Shown piece after piece: positions 17,907 to 26,520 of a DNA stretch of 46,667 nucleotides (positions within the stretch are counted from its first letter, which is position 1; the number at the start of each line of letters is the position of its first letter). Made by a program: the position numbers and the translations under genes. Where the stretch lies: the IMG/VR virus record IMGVR_UViG_3300039916_000024, positions 1 to 46,667 of that record; one strand, written 5' to 3'. The stretch comes from a virus. Lineage: Duplodnaviria > Caudoviricetes. Below the pieces are notes generated by a model. That model saw nothing but the letters and a program-made list of their open reading frames with translations, had not been told where the DNA came from and made no database searches.

Positions 17907-18410
17907 TCAGCCCAGGGCGGCCTTCATGTCCGTCATCGTGGCCATCAGCGTCATCGGGTCGATCGGTGACGGCGTGAAGCCGCAGGCTTGATAGAAACGC
18001 TGGGCGTCGGCGTTCAGGGCCTGCACCAACACGCCGCGCACCGCCAGCACCTCGCTGGCCTGCAGCACGCGCAAGACCGCGTCCCGCAGCAGGGCCCGCC
18101 CGATCCCCTGGCCGTGCAGGCTGCGGTCCACCGCCAGGCGGCCCAGCATCGCCATCGGGATTGGATCGGGCATGTTGCGCTTCACACGCCCTGGAGCAGC
18201 AGTCACGGCCACAGCCCCTGCCGCCAAGCAGTAGAACCCCATCACGAAGCCGGCGCGGCACACCACGAAGGTCCGTGACGCGCCGGCCGCCTGATTCGCC
18301 CGCGCACGCCGCCGTAGCCACTCATCGAGCGTGGCCTCGCCGCTATCGAACATCGCCAGGTCGTGCGTGTCGTCGAGCGGCGCCGGGGCGCTCAGCCGTT
18401 CGGCACTCAC
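17907..18410 (-). CDS. GNAT acetyltransferase toxin (TacT/AtaT family)
   Basis: FDSGEATLDEWL, LGRLAVD, acetyl-CoA motif HGQGIG, VQALN..AQRFYQACGF; GTGA-coupled to the antitoxin. Confidence 0.92.
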   Translation of the reverse strand: MSAERLSAPAPLDDTHDLAMFDSGEATLDEWLRRRARANQAAGASRTFVVCRAGFVMGFYCLAAGAVAVTAAPGRVKRNMPDPIPMAMLGRLAVDRSLHGQGIGRALLRDAVLRVLQASEVLAVRGVLVQALNADAQRFYQACGFTPSPIDPMTLMATMTDMKAALG

Positions 18411-18730
18411 TCCCACGGTGGCGCGGTCTCCAGCAGCTTGCGAAGCCGGCCGTTCGGGTTGGGCGGCGCGTCGAGCAGCGCCTGGAACTTGGCGTACGCA
18501 GCCGGCTGGGTGCGGAACAGCGTGCGGTCGAGAATGGCGTCGGTTGCAGCGCGGCGCGCAGCCTCCAGCATAAACTCGGAGCGCGACTTCCCCGAGAGCA
18601 CGGCGGCCTGGTCGATCAGGGCACGCTCCTCGGGCCGGACGCGGATGTTGATCGCGCCGACGGTGATGGCGGGCTGGGCCTTCGCCGGGCGTCGGGTCGG
18701 GGTGGTGGTGCGCTTGGCGGGTGTGGGCAT
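18407..18730 (-). CDS. DUF1778 ribbon-helix-helix antitoxin (TacA/AtaR family)
   Basis: INIRV..ERALIDQAA..GKSRSEFMLEAA..LLDAPPNPN..LRKLL..APW; GGAGG RBS. Confidence 0.93.
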   Translation of the reverse strand: MPTPAKRTTTPTRRPAKAQPAITVGAINIRVRPEERALIDQAAVLSGKSRSEFMLEAARRAATDAILDRTLFRTQPAAYAKFQALLDAPPNPNGRLRKLLETAPPWE

Positions 18731-18747
18731 GGTGGCCTCCGGGGCTG

Positions 18748-18776
18748 GTTCTACGAGTCTGTATGGACATTGTCCA
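18748..18776 (-). promoter_or_regulatory. TA promoter (TGGACA-N17-TAGAAC) with overlapping operator palindrome TGGACA-T-TGTCCA
   Basis: Palindrome 18764-18776 covers the -35; 17-bp spacing. Confidence 0.65.
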
Positions 18777-18921
18777 CCACGCAGTGGTAGCGCCGATGAA
18801 ACCGGATTGCGGCACCGGAACCAGAAGGGATAGTGTTTCGACAGTCGTCGAATTGCGACCGCAGCCGAGTGGCTCCCGAGCCACCGGCCCGCTGATCAGC
18901 CACAGTGGCTCTCGAGCCGAT

Positions 18922-19087
18922 GGTTCCTTCCTGGCCCCGCTGTATGCGGGGGGCGGAAGCGCGCAAGGTCGCTAGCGCCAGGCCATAAAACAGGGTTGCG
19001 GTTTGCAGCCTTTTCCCCGTGCGATCAGCCAGATAACCCGCAAACCATACCATGCCAGGTTTGTACCCGCGGGCCGCATGGTTTGCA
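18922..19087 (+). other. Putative lambda-like cos site (cosQ-, cosN- and cosB-like elements)
   Basis: GGTTCCT (18922-28) then TATGCG-GGGGGCGGAAGCG-CGCA, resembling lambda GGGTCCT...TTACG-GGGCGGCGACCT-CGCG; GGTTTG(C/T)A-type repeats at 19000, 19040 (inverted), 19058 and 19080. Confidence 0.6.
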
Positions 19088-19112
19088 CCCACTCCCAGAT
19101 CCGGATGGCCCG

Positions 19113-20582
19113 ATGACGCTCCCCTGGATGGCGGCGAAAATCCTGCTGCGTCCGGTGGCGGAGCTGCGCCCGCATGCCGGCAACGCCCGCGTGCACAGCG
19201 CCGAGCAGCTGGAGCAGATCAAGGCCAGCATGCTGGCCTTCGGATTCACCAACCCGCTGCTGGTGGATGAGGACGGCGTGCTGATCGCCGGCCATGGTCG
19301 GCTCGAGGCTGCGACGGCGCTCGGCATCGCCAAGGTGCCGGTGATCGCGCTGCGCCACCTGTCCGCCACGCAGAAGGAGGCGCTGCGCCTCGCCGACAAT
19401 CGCATCGCGGAGAATGCCACCTGGGACCAAGCGCTGCTGCGTGATGCGCTGGCCGCGGTGCAGGCGGCGCAGGACATCGACCTCGGCGCGCTCGGCTTCT
19501 CGGCGGATGAGCTCGCGGACATCCTCGCGGCGGCTGGAGATGCCGTGTCCGACGGCGACGCGCCCGAGGCTCTGTCCGCGGATCCTGCCGAGGGGGGCGG
19601 TGCGGCGGGCGCGGTGGCCACCGGGGAGGAAGCGGCGGAGGATCCCGCCGATGCCGATCCGGAGCCGCCGCGCCAGGCCGTCACCCGCCCCGGCGATCTC
19701 TGGCTGCTGGGCGACCACCGCCTGCTCTGCGGCGACAGCACCGACGCCGCCACCGTGGCGCGGCTCATGGGCGACGACCGCGCGGCGCTGCTGTTCACCA
19801 GCCCGCCCTATGGGAACCAGCGGGACTACACCACCGGCGGCGGCACCGATTGGGACGCCCTGATGCAGGGCGTCTTCCAGCACCTCGACGCGGCGTTGCG
19901 GCCGGACGCCCAGGTGCTGGTGAACCTCGGCCTGATCCACCGCGGCAACGAATGGCAGCCCTATTGGTCGGGCTGGCTCGACTGGATGCGCGCCCGCGGC
20001 TGGCGCCGCTTCGGGCTGTACACCTGGGACCAGGGACCCGGCCTGCCCGGCGACTGGAACGGGCGCCTCGCGCCAGCTTTCGAGTTCGTCTTCCACTTCA
20101 ATCGGCAGGCGCGCCAGGCGAACAAGATCGTCCCGTGCAAATGGGCCGGCACGCCGAACAAGGGCAGCGGGCTGCGCGCCGCCGACGGCACCATCTCGGA
20201 ATATCAGCATGCAGGGCTGCCGGTGCAGGACTTCCGGATCCCCGACAACGTGCTGCGCCTGACCCGCCACAAGGGCCGTGGCATCGAGACCGAGCATCCC
20301 GCAGTGTTCCCGGTGGTGCTGCCGGAATTCCTGATGCGGACCTACACGGACGAGGGCGAGCTGGTGTTCGAGCCCTTCGGCGGCAGCGGGACCACCATCC
20401 TGGCAGGCCAGCGCACCAGCCGCCGCGTTCGCGCGATCGAGCTGGCGCCGGCCTATGTCGATCTGGCGGTGGCACGCTGGCGGATGCTCCATCCAGACCT
20501 GCCGGTGACCCTCGCCGATGATGGGCGCGACTACGACGCCGTGGCCGCGGCGCGGACGGAGGTCACCGCCGATGCAGCCTGA
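19113..20582 (+). CDS. ParB-N domain plus DNA methyltransferase (SPPY, probable N4-C)
   Basis: NARVHS..FGFTNPLL..IAGHGRL; FTSPPY; HPAVFP; EPFGGSGTT. Confidence 0.92.
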   Translation: MTLPWMAAKILLRPVAELRPHAGNARVHSAEQLEQIKASMLAFGFTNPLLVDEDGVLIAGHGRLEAATALGIAKVPVIALRHLSATQKEALRLADNRIAENATWDQALLRDALAAVQAAQDIDLGALGFSADELADILAAAGDAVSDGDAPEALSADPAEGGGAAGAVATGEEAAEDPADADPEPPRQAVTRPGDLWLLGDHRLLCGDSTDAATVARLMGDDRAALLFTSPPYGNQRDYTTGGGTDWDALMQGVFQHLDAALRPDAQVLVNLGLIHRGNEWQPYWSGWLDWMRARGWRRFGLYTWDQGPGLPGDWNGRLAPAFEFVFHFNRQARQANKIVPCKWAGTPNKGSGLRAADGTISEYQHAGLPVQDFRIPDNVLRLTRHKGRGIETEHPAVFPVVLPEFLMRTYTDEGELVFEPFGGSGTTILAGQRTSRRVRAIELAPAYVDLAVARWRMLHPDLPVTLADDGRDYDAVAAARTEVTADAA

Positions 20583-21840
20583 CCTCATGATCTCCGCTCT
20601 GCCGCTGGCAGCGCTGGTCCCCTACGCCGAGAACGCGCGGACGCATTCGCCCGCGCAGGTGGCGCAGATCGCCGCGTCCATCGCCGAGTTCGGCTTCGTG
20701 AACCCAGTGCTTGTCGACGCCGAGGGCGTGCTGATCGCCGGCCACGGCCGCGTCATGGCGGCAAAGCAGCTGGAGCTCGTCTCCGTGCCGGTGCTCCGGC
20801 TTGGGCATCTCTCACCTGCGCAGGCGCGTGCGCTCCGCCTGGCGGACAACCAGATCGCGCTGAACTCCGGCTGGGACGAAGCACTGCTCGCCGCCGAGAT
20901 CGCGCGGATCCGCGACGAGGCAGTGGTCGACCTGGATGTGCTGGGCTTCTCCGGCATGGAGCTCGATCGGCTGCTGGCAGCCGCCGATGCCGGCCTTGGC
21001 GATGATGCCGATGACGCCCCGCCGCCGCCCGTGGTGCCAGTCACGCGCACGGGCGACCTCTGGCGCTGTGGCGAGCACCGCCTGCTGTGCGGCGACGCCA
21101 CCAAGATCGAGGACGTGCAGCGCGCGCTCGGCGCCGGGCACCTGGCCGACATGGGCTTCGTCGATCCGCCCTATAATGTGGCCTACGAGGGCGGCACCGC
21201 GGCCAAAATGACCATCGCCAATGATGCGCTCGGCGGTGGCTTTCCGGAGTTCCTTCGCCCCGCGCTGGCCAACCTGCTCTCGGTCACCAAGGGCGCCTGC
21301 TACGTCTGCATGTCCTCGTCCGAGTGGCCGACGCTGCATCGCGTCTGGCAGGAGGCGGGCGGCAAATGGTCCAGCACCATCATCTGGGCGAAGAACACCT
21401 TCGCCCTCGGCCGCGCCGACTACCACCAGCAGTTCGAGGCGATGCTCTATGGCTGGAAGGCCGGCGCGCAGCACTACTGGTGCGGCGCTCGCGACCAGGG
21501 GAATGTCTGGCATTTCGACAAGCCGGCGCGGAACGACCTGCATCCCACCATGAAGCCGGTGGCGCTGGTCGAGCGCGCCATCCGCAACAGCAGCAAGCCG
21601 CGCGACACAGTGCTGGATTGCTTCGGTGGCTCGGGCACCACCATGATCGCGGCAGAGCGCACGGGGCGACGCGCCGTGCTGCTCGAGATCGATCCCGCCT
21701 ATGCCGATGTGATCGTGCGGCGCTGGCAGGAGACGACCGGCGAAGCCGCGGTGCTGGAGGGTGACGATCGCATCTTCTCCGACGTCGCCGCGGCGCGCGG
21801 TATCGTCGATCATGATGTGATCCAGCCCGCCGAATCATAG
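20572..21840 (+). CDS. ParB-N domain plus DNA methyltransferase (DPPY, probable N6-A)
   Basis: NARTHS..FGFVNPVL..IAGHGR; DPPYNV; HPTMKP; DCFGGSGTT. Confidence 0.93.
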   Translation: MQPDLMISALPLAALVPYAENARTHSPAQVAQIAASIAEFGFVNPVLVDAEGVLIAGHGRVMAAKQLELVSVPVLRLGHLSPAQARALRLADNQIALNSGWDEALLAAEIARIRDEAVVDLDVLGFSGMELDRLLAAADAGLGDDADDAPPPPVVPVTRTGDLWRCGEHRLLCGDATKIEDVQRALGAGHLADMGFVDPPYNVAYEGGTAAKMTIANDALGGGFPEFLRPALANLLSVTKGACYVCMSSSEWPTLHRVWQEAGGKWSSTIIWAKNTFALGRADYHQQFEAMLYGWKAGAQHYWCGARDQGNVWHFDKPARNDLHPTMKPVALVERAIRNSSKPRDTVLDCFGGSGTTMIAAERTGRRAVLLEIDPAYADVIVRRWQETTGEAAVLEGDDRIFSDVAAARGIVDHDVIQPAES

Positions 21841-21864
21841 CAATTCCGCGCCGCTCCATCTTGC

Positions 21865-21945
21865 TTGGCTCGCGCGCGCCACAGCGCGAATGGTCCGTCA
21901 CACGCAGGGGATGCCCTGCAGCAACAGACGGAGACCACGATGACC
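21865..21945 (+). repeat. Conserved promoter/leader, copy 1
   Basis: TTGGCT-N10-ACAGCGCGAATGGTCCGTCACACGCAGGGG...GACGGAGACCACGATGACC; copy 2 at 23202. Confidence 0.85.
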
Positions 21946-22176
21946 GACCGCGAAGCCCGCGCCGCCCGCAACCAGGAAAACAGCCTGGCCGCCTTCCTCG
22001 CGAAGAAGGTCGAATTCGATGCCCTCCTCGCGGAACTCACCCAGGCCAGCGCGGACCATTTTGGCGCGGACCCGGAGGAGGTGCTTTGGGGCGAAGCGGC
22101 CTGGCTTTCGGATGCCACTGCGAAGCTGAAGGACATCGCGGACCAGCATTTCCGCCGCGGCGAATACGCCTGCTGA
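21940..22176 (+). CDS. Small hypothetical protein
   Basis: GGAG RBS; 78-aa helical ORF MTDREARAARNQENSLAAF. Confidence 0.8.
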   Translation: MTDREARAARNQENSLAAFLAKKVEFDALLAELTQASADHFGADPEEVLWGEAAWLSDATAKLKDIADQHFRRGEYAC

Positions 22177-22271
22177 CGCGGACCACTTCCGCACCGCCCC
22201 GACCGGCCACGCCGGCGGGGCTCCCGGCAGTAGGGGCCGATGACCGGCACCCGGAACCGGAGACCACCACG

Positions 22272-23129
22272 ATGACGAAGCTTTCCGACACCCAGCGCGT
22301 GATCCTCAGCGCCGCCGCGCAGCACGAGATGGGCCTCGCCCGCGCGCCGAAGACCCTAGCCGCCGCGGCCCGCAACGCGGTGTTCCGCAGCCTGATCAAG
22401 AACAACCTGCTGACCGAGATCAACGCGCCGCGGGACCATGTCGGGTTGGGCTGGCGGCAGGATGACGACGGCACCTGGATCGTGGCGCGCATCACCGACG
22501 AGGGGCTGCGCGCCATCGGGATCGACCCGAACGAGGGCGACGCGGGGGCCGGCGAGCCGGACTGCTCGGGCATCGAGGGCAGCGTGCCCGACACGGCGCC
22601 GACGGTGGCGCCCGGCACCACGCCGGGGGAAAGCCCCGCACCCGCCGCCGAGCCCGCCCAGGCCGCGCCCCCGACGGAGGAGATCGCCATGCTCGACCAG
22701 GCCCTCGCGGCGCCCGCCGCCACGCCACGCGCCAACCTGCGCGAAGCCGCCGCGGCTATCCTCGCCGCCTGGGATGACGAGACGAACCGCGAGAGCGACA
22801 TGATCGGGGCCCTCGACGCGCCGATGGAAGCCCTGCGCACGCTGCTCGCCGGCAAGCCCGCCCGCGCCCCGCGCGAAGCCGGCGCGCCGCGCAAGCCGCG
22901 CGAGGGCACGAAGCAGGAGCAGGTGCTGGCGATGCTCCGTCGCCCCGAGGGGACAACGGTGGCGCAGATCGCCGAGGCCACTGGCTGGGCGCAGCACACG
23001 GTGCGCGGCTTCTTCGCCGGCCTGAAGAAGAAGGGCCACGCAGTCGAGGTGAAGTCGCGGGAGCGGATGGTCGGCCCGAACAAGAGCGGCGCGAAAGGCT
23101 CCTTCACCGTCTACGCACTGGCGGAGTGA
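22272..23129 (+). CDS. DUF3489-like protein with C-terminal winged HTH
   Basis: MTKLSDTQRVILSAAAQH; REGTKQEQVLAMLRRPEGTTVAQIAEATGWAQHTVRGFFAG. Confidence 0.87.
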   Translation: MTKLSDTQRVILSAAAQHEMGLARAPKTLAAAARNAVFRSLIKNNLLTEINAPRDHVGLGWRQDDDGTWIVARITDEGLRAIGIDPNEGDAGAGEPDCSGIEGSVPDTAPTVAPGTTPGESPAPAAEPAQAAPPTEEIAMLDQALAAPAATPRANLREAAAAILAAWDDETNRESDMIGALDAPMEALRTLLAGKPARAPREAGAPRKPREGTKQEQVLAMLRRPEGTTVAQIAEATGWAQHTVRGFFAGLKKKGHAVEVKSRERMVGPNKSGAKGSFTVYALAE

Positions 23130-23201
23130 AGCATCTCAGCCACGCCACTGAACATCATCGAGAGTGCCGGGGATCATCCAGATTCCCGGCGCTTTATCGA
23201 G

Positions 23202-23282
23202 TTGGCTGCTCTCTGACACAGCGCGAATCGTCCGTCACGCGCAGGGGCATCCCGCCCCGCCGAGACGGAGACGACGATGACC
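23202..23282 (+). repeat. Conserved promoter/leader, copy 2
   Basis: TTGGCT-N10-ACAGCGCGAATCGTCCGTCACGCGCAGGGG...GACGGAGACGACGATGACC. Confidence 0.85.
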
Positions 23283-23477
23283 ACCACCATCCTCCCGCAC
23301 CAGACTGCCGAAGGCCCGCAGGATCGCGCCGCCTGGCAGCAGCTTCTCGCCACCGCGCCGCGCAGCACCGACAGCGTGGGCCGCGCGACCATCCAGGTCT
23401 GCACGGCCAGCGACGGCCGCGGGATTTACGCCACGGTGGAATACGCCAACTGGCAGACCGGGAAGGAGGAGGGTTGA
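23277..23477 (+). CDS. Small hypothetical protein
   Basis: GGAG RBS within the repeated leader; 66 aa. Confidence 0.7.
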   Translation: MTTTILPHQTAEGPQDRAAWQQLLATAPRSTDSVGRATIQVCTASDGRGIYATVEYANWQTGKEEG

Positions 23478-23758
23478 TGCCCTCCGAACGCCGCTGGATC
23501 ATCCTGGCGCAGGATGGCCGGCACGTGACGATGGGCCGCGCAGCGCCGCCGAGCGAGGCAGAGGTCGCAGCCGCCGCGGCTGCCCTCGCCGCACAGGGGC
23601 TGGCGGGATGGCTCGCCACGCTGGACGGAAACTACTGGTCGCGTCGCAGCGTGACCCTCGCGCCAGTGCAGATGCTTGGCGACGAGGCCACGCTGAATTG
23701 GCCCGCCGCCATCACCGCCTTTGAAGCCGCCCGCCAGCGCGCCCTTCGTCCCCTCTGA
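23477..23758 (+). CDS. Small hypothetical protein
   Basis: TGATG coupling, GGAGG RBS; MPSERRWIILAQDGRHVTMGR. Confidence 0.72.
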   Translation: MPSERRWIILAQDGRHVTMGRAAPPSEAEVAAAAAALAAQGLAGWLATLDGNYWSRRSVTLAPVQMLGDEATLNWPAAITAFEAARQRALRPL

Positions 23759-23800
23759 GAAGGCCGGCATCGCCATCACGCGCGGCGGGAGGTCGCCGCC

Positions 23801-24310
23801 ATGCCGGAACTCACTGCCTCCACGCGCGAGGCCGCCCGTCGCCTCGGCGTCAGCGACACCGCCATCCACAAGGCCGAGCGCGCGGGCCGCATCGCCCGCG
23901 AGCCGGATGGCCAGTGGGACATCGACAAGACTCGCCGCCGCCTGACTGAGACCGCCGACCCCGCCCGCTCGCCCCTGGCCAGTAGCGCCGGCGCGGAGGG
24001 CACACCCTTCGCCCGGCTGAAGGTGGCGCAGCTCGCGCTGAAGGTGGAGGCGCAGCGCCTTTCGCTGGACGAAACCAAGCGACGGCTGCTGGACGTCACC
24101 GAGGCCAACGCCGCGCTCGACGAGATCGGCAGCACCATGCGCGACGCGCTGCTGAACTGGCCGGCCCGCGTGGCAGGCCTGATCGCCGCCGAGATCAGCG
24201 TCGACCCGCATCTGCTGCAGACCATCCTGCAGAGCCACATCAACGACCTGCTGACGGAGGCGGCCGATCGCTTCGATCCAGCAGGCCTCGGAGGGGACCG
24301 GTCTTCGTAG
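23801..24310 (+). CDS. terS: Terminase small subunit (Nu1-like)
   Basis: N-terminal HTH STREAARRLGVSDTAIHKA, coiled coil, RDALLNWPARVA; directly before the large subunit. Confidence 0.8.
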   Translation: MPELTASTREAARRLGVSDTAIHKAERAGRIAREPDGQWDIDKTRRRLTETADPARSPLASSAGAEGTPFARLKVAQLALKVEAQRLSLDETKRRLLDVTEANAALDEIGSTMRDALLNWPARVAGLIAAEISVDPHLLQTILQSHINDLLTEAADRFDPAGLGGDRSS

Positions 24311-24320
24311 CCGTGAGCAT

Positions 24321-26270
24321 GTGCGCCGGCGTGTCGGCGCCATGCTCCGGCCGCCGCCGCAGCTCACCGTCTCGGAATGGGCCGGGCGGCATCGCATGCT
24401 CGGCAGCCGCGCCTCGGCCGAGCCGGGCCCGTGGCGCACCAGCCGCACGCCCTACCTCAAGGACGTGATGGACGCGCTGTCGGCGGTGCATCCGGCCCGG
24501 CGCGTCGTATTCATGAAGGGCGCGCAGGTCGGCGCGACGGAAAGCGGCAATAACTGGCTCGGCTACATCATGCACCACGTGCCGGCGCCCGCGCTGGCGG
24601 TGCAGCCGACCGTGGAACTGGCCAAGCGCTTCTCGCGCCAGCGCATCGACCCGCTGCTGGAGGAAACACCGGCGCTGCGGGAGCGTGTCGCCCCGGCTCG
24701 CGCCCGCGACAGCGGCAACACCATGCTGTCGAAGGAATTCCCCGGCGGCATTCTGGTGCTGACGGGCGCGAACAGCGCGGTCGGGCTGCGCTCGATGACA
24801 GCGCGGTTCCTGTTCCTCGATGAGGTGGATGCCTATCCCGGTGATGTCGCTGGCGAAGGTGATCCGATTGCGCTCGCCGAGGCCCGGGCACGCACCTTCG
24901 GCTGGCGCCGCAAGGCCTTCCTGGTCAGCACGCCGACCATCGCCGGCCGCAGCCGCATCGAGCGGGAGTACCTGGCCTCCGACCAGCGGCGCTTCTTCGT
25001 GCCGTGCCCCGAGTGCGGCGAGATGCAGTGGCTGCGGTTTGAGCGGCTGCTCTGGGAGAAGGGTGCGCCAGAGACGGCACGGTATCACTGCTCGGCCTGC
25101 GATCACCCGATGCAGGAGCACGACAAGACCGCCATGCTCGGCGGCGGCGAGTGGCGCGCGACCGCCGAGGGCCAGGACCCGCACACCATCGGCTTCCATA
25201 TTTCGGCGCTGTACTCGCCGGTGGGCTGGCTGTCCTGGGAGCAGATCGCCCGCGATTGGGAGGCAGCCCAGGGCAAGCCCGAGGACATCAAGACCTTCAA
25301 GAACACGGTCTTGGGCGAGACCTGGCAGGAACAGGGCGAGGCGCCGGATTGGGAGCGCCTGGTCGAGCGGCGTGAGGATTTCGCCATGGGCGTGGTCCCC
25401 ACGGGCGCGCTGGTGCTCACGGCGGGCGTCGACGTGCAGGACGACCGCCTGGAATGCGACGTCTGGGGCTGGGCGGAGGGGTTCTCGTCCTGGCTGGTCG
25501 ACCACGTGGTTATCCAGGGCAGCCCGCGGGATCGCGATCCCTGGGACGAACTCGCCCGCGTTCTCGCGCGCGACTGGCCGCGGCAAAGGAATGACAAAGG
25601 TGGCGGTGGCGCCATGCGCATCGCCCGGCTCTGCGTCGACACCGGCGGCCGCGACACTGCCGCTGTCTATGGCCATCTGCGCCGCCTGCGGGATCCGCGG
25701 ATCGCGCCAACGAAGGGCATCGACGGCTGGAACCGGGCACAGCCGGTGCAGGGCCCGACGCCGGTGGACGCGCTGGTCAATGGCCAGAAGCTGCGGCGCG
25801 GCCTGAAGCTCTGGACCGTCTCGGTATCGACCTGGAAGGCCGATCTCTATCGCCGGCTCTGGCTTGGCCGCGGCGACGCAGAGGAGCTGCCGCCCGGCTG
25901 GGTGCATCTGCCGCGCGCAATCGAGGTGGAGTGGATCAAGCAGCTGGTCGCCGAGCAGCTGCGCACCACGAAGGACCGGCGCGGCTTCGCCCGACAGGAA
26001 TGGGCCAAGCTGCGGGAACGGAACGAGGCGCTGGACTGCGCTGTGCTGGCGCGTGCCGCGCTGTGGCTGCTGGGTGCTGACCGCTACGGCGATCGGTTCT
26101 GGCAGCAGCTGCGCGACCAGATCGCCGATGCACCGCTTCTGCCGAGCGAACTTCCCACCGCAGGGAATGTCGCTGATCCATCACCACCATCGCAGGCCGC
26201 GCCGGCGCAGGCGCTCGACACCCAGCGCCCGCGGGGCTGGCTGACGCCGCGCAGTGGCTGGCTTCGCTGA
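24321..26270 (+). CDS. terL: Terminase large subunit, lambda gpA family
   Basis: RTPYL, MKGAQVGAT, FLDEVD, VSTPT, CPEC..CSAC, GVDVQDDR, RNEALDC. Confidence 0.96.
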   Translation: MRRRVGAMLRPPPQLTVSEWAGRHRMLGSRASAEPGPWRTSRTPYLKDVMDALSAVHPARRVVFMKGAQVGATESGNNWLGYIMHHVPAPALAVQPTVELAKRFSRQRIDPLLEETPALRERVAPARARDSGNTMLSKEFPGGILVLTGANSAVGLRSMTARFLFLDEVDAYPGDVAGEGDPIALAEARARTFGWRRKAFLVSTPTIAGRSRIEREYLASDQRRFFVPCPECGEMQWLRFERLLWEKGAPETARYHCSACDHPMQEHDKTAMLGGGEWRATAEGQDPHTIGFHISALYSPVGWLSWEQIARDWEAAQGKPEDIKTFKNTVLGETWQEQGEAPDWERLVERREDFAMGVVPTGALVLTAGVDVQDDRLECDVWGWAEGFSSWLVDHVVIQGSPRDRDPWDELARVLARDWPRQRNDKGGGGAMRIARLCVDTGGRDTAAVYGHLRRLRDPRIAPTKGIDGWNRAQPVQGPTPVDALVNGQKLRRGLKLWTVSVSTWKADLYRRLWLGRGDAEELPPGWVHLPRAIEVEWIKQLVAEQLRTTKDRRGFARQEWAKLRERNEALDCAVLARAALWLLGADRYGDRFWQQLRDQIADAPLLPSELPTAGNVADPSPPSQAAPAQALDTQRPRGWLTPRSGWLR

Positions 26271-26283
26271 GAGGAGGACGAGC

Positions 26284-26520
26284 ATGGATCCGACCGTCCT
26301 CGCCTGGGCGCTGGCGCAGCCTGTCAGCACCCGCGCCGCCGTCCTGGCCGCGGCCTTCACCGGCGGCACCACGCGCGTGACCTTCGACGGCCGCACCGTG
26401 GAATACCGCTCGCTGGATGAACTCGGCCGCGCGCTGTCGGTGCTGCACGGCGCCGAGAACGCCGCCGCACGCCGGCCGAGCGTGACATTCGCCAGCTTCT
26501 CTCGCGAGGGAAGCAGGTGA
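26284..26520 (+). CDS. Head-tail joining protein (gpW-like)
   Basis: GTTRVTFDGRTVEYRSLDEL; between terminase and portal. Confidence 0.85.
   Translation: MDPTVLAWALAQPVSTRAAVLAAAFTGGTTRVTFDGRTVEYRSLDELGRALSVLHGAENAAARRPSVTFASFSREGSR

Noticed and set aside
18411-18884. N-terminal extension making a 325-aa GNAT ORF
   Set aside because: Overlaps the antitoxin in another frame; the real start is the coupled GTG at 18410.
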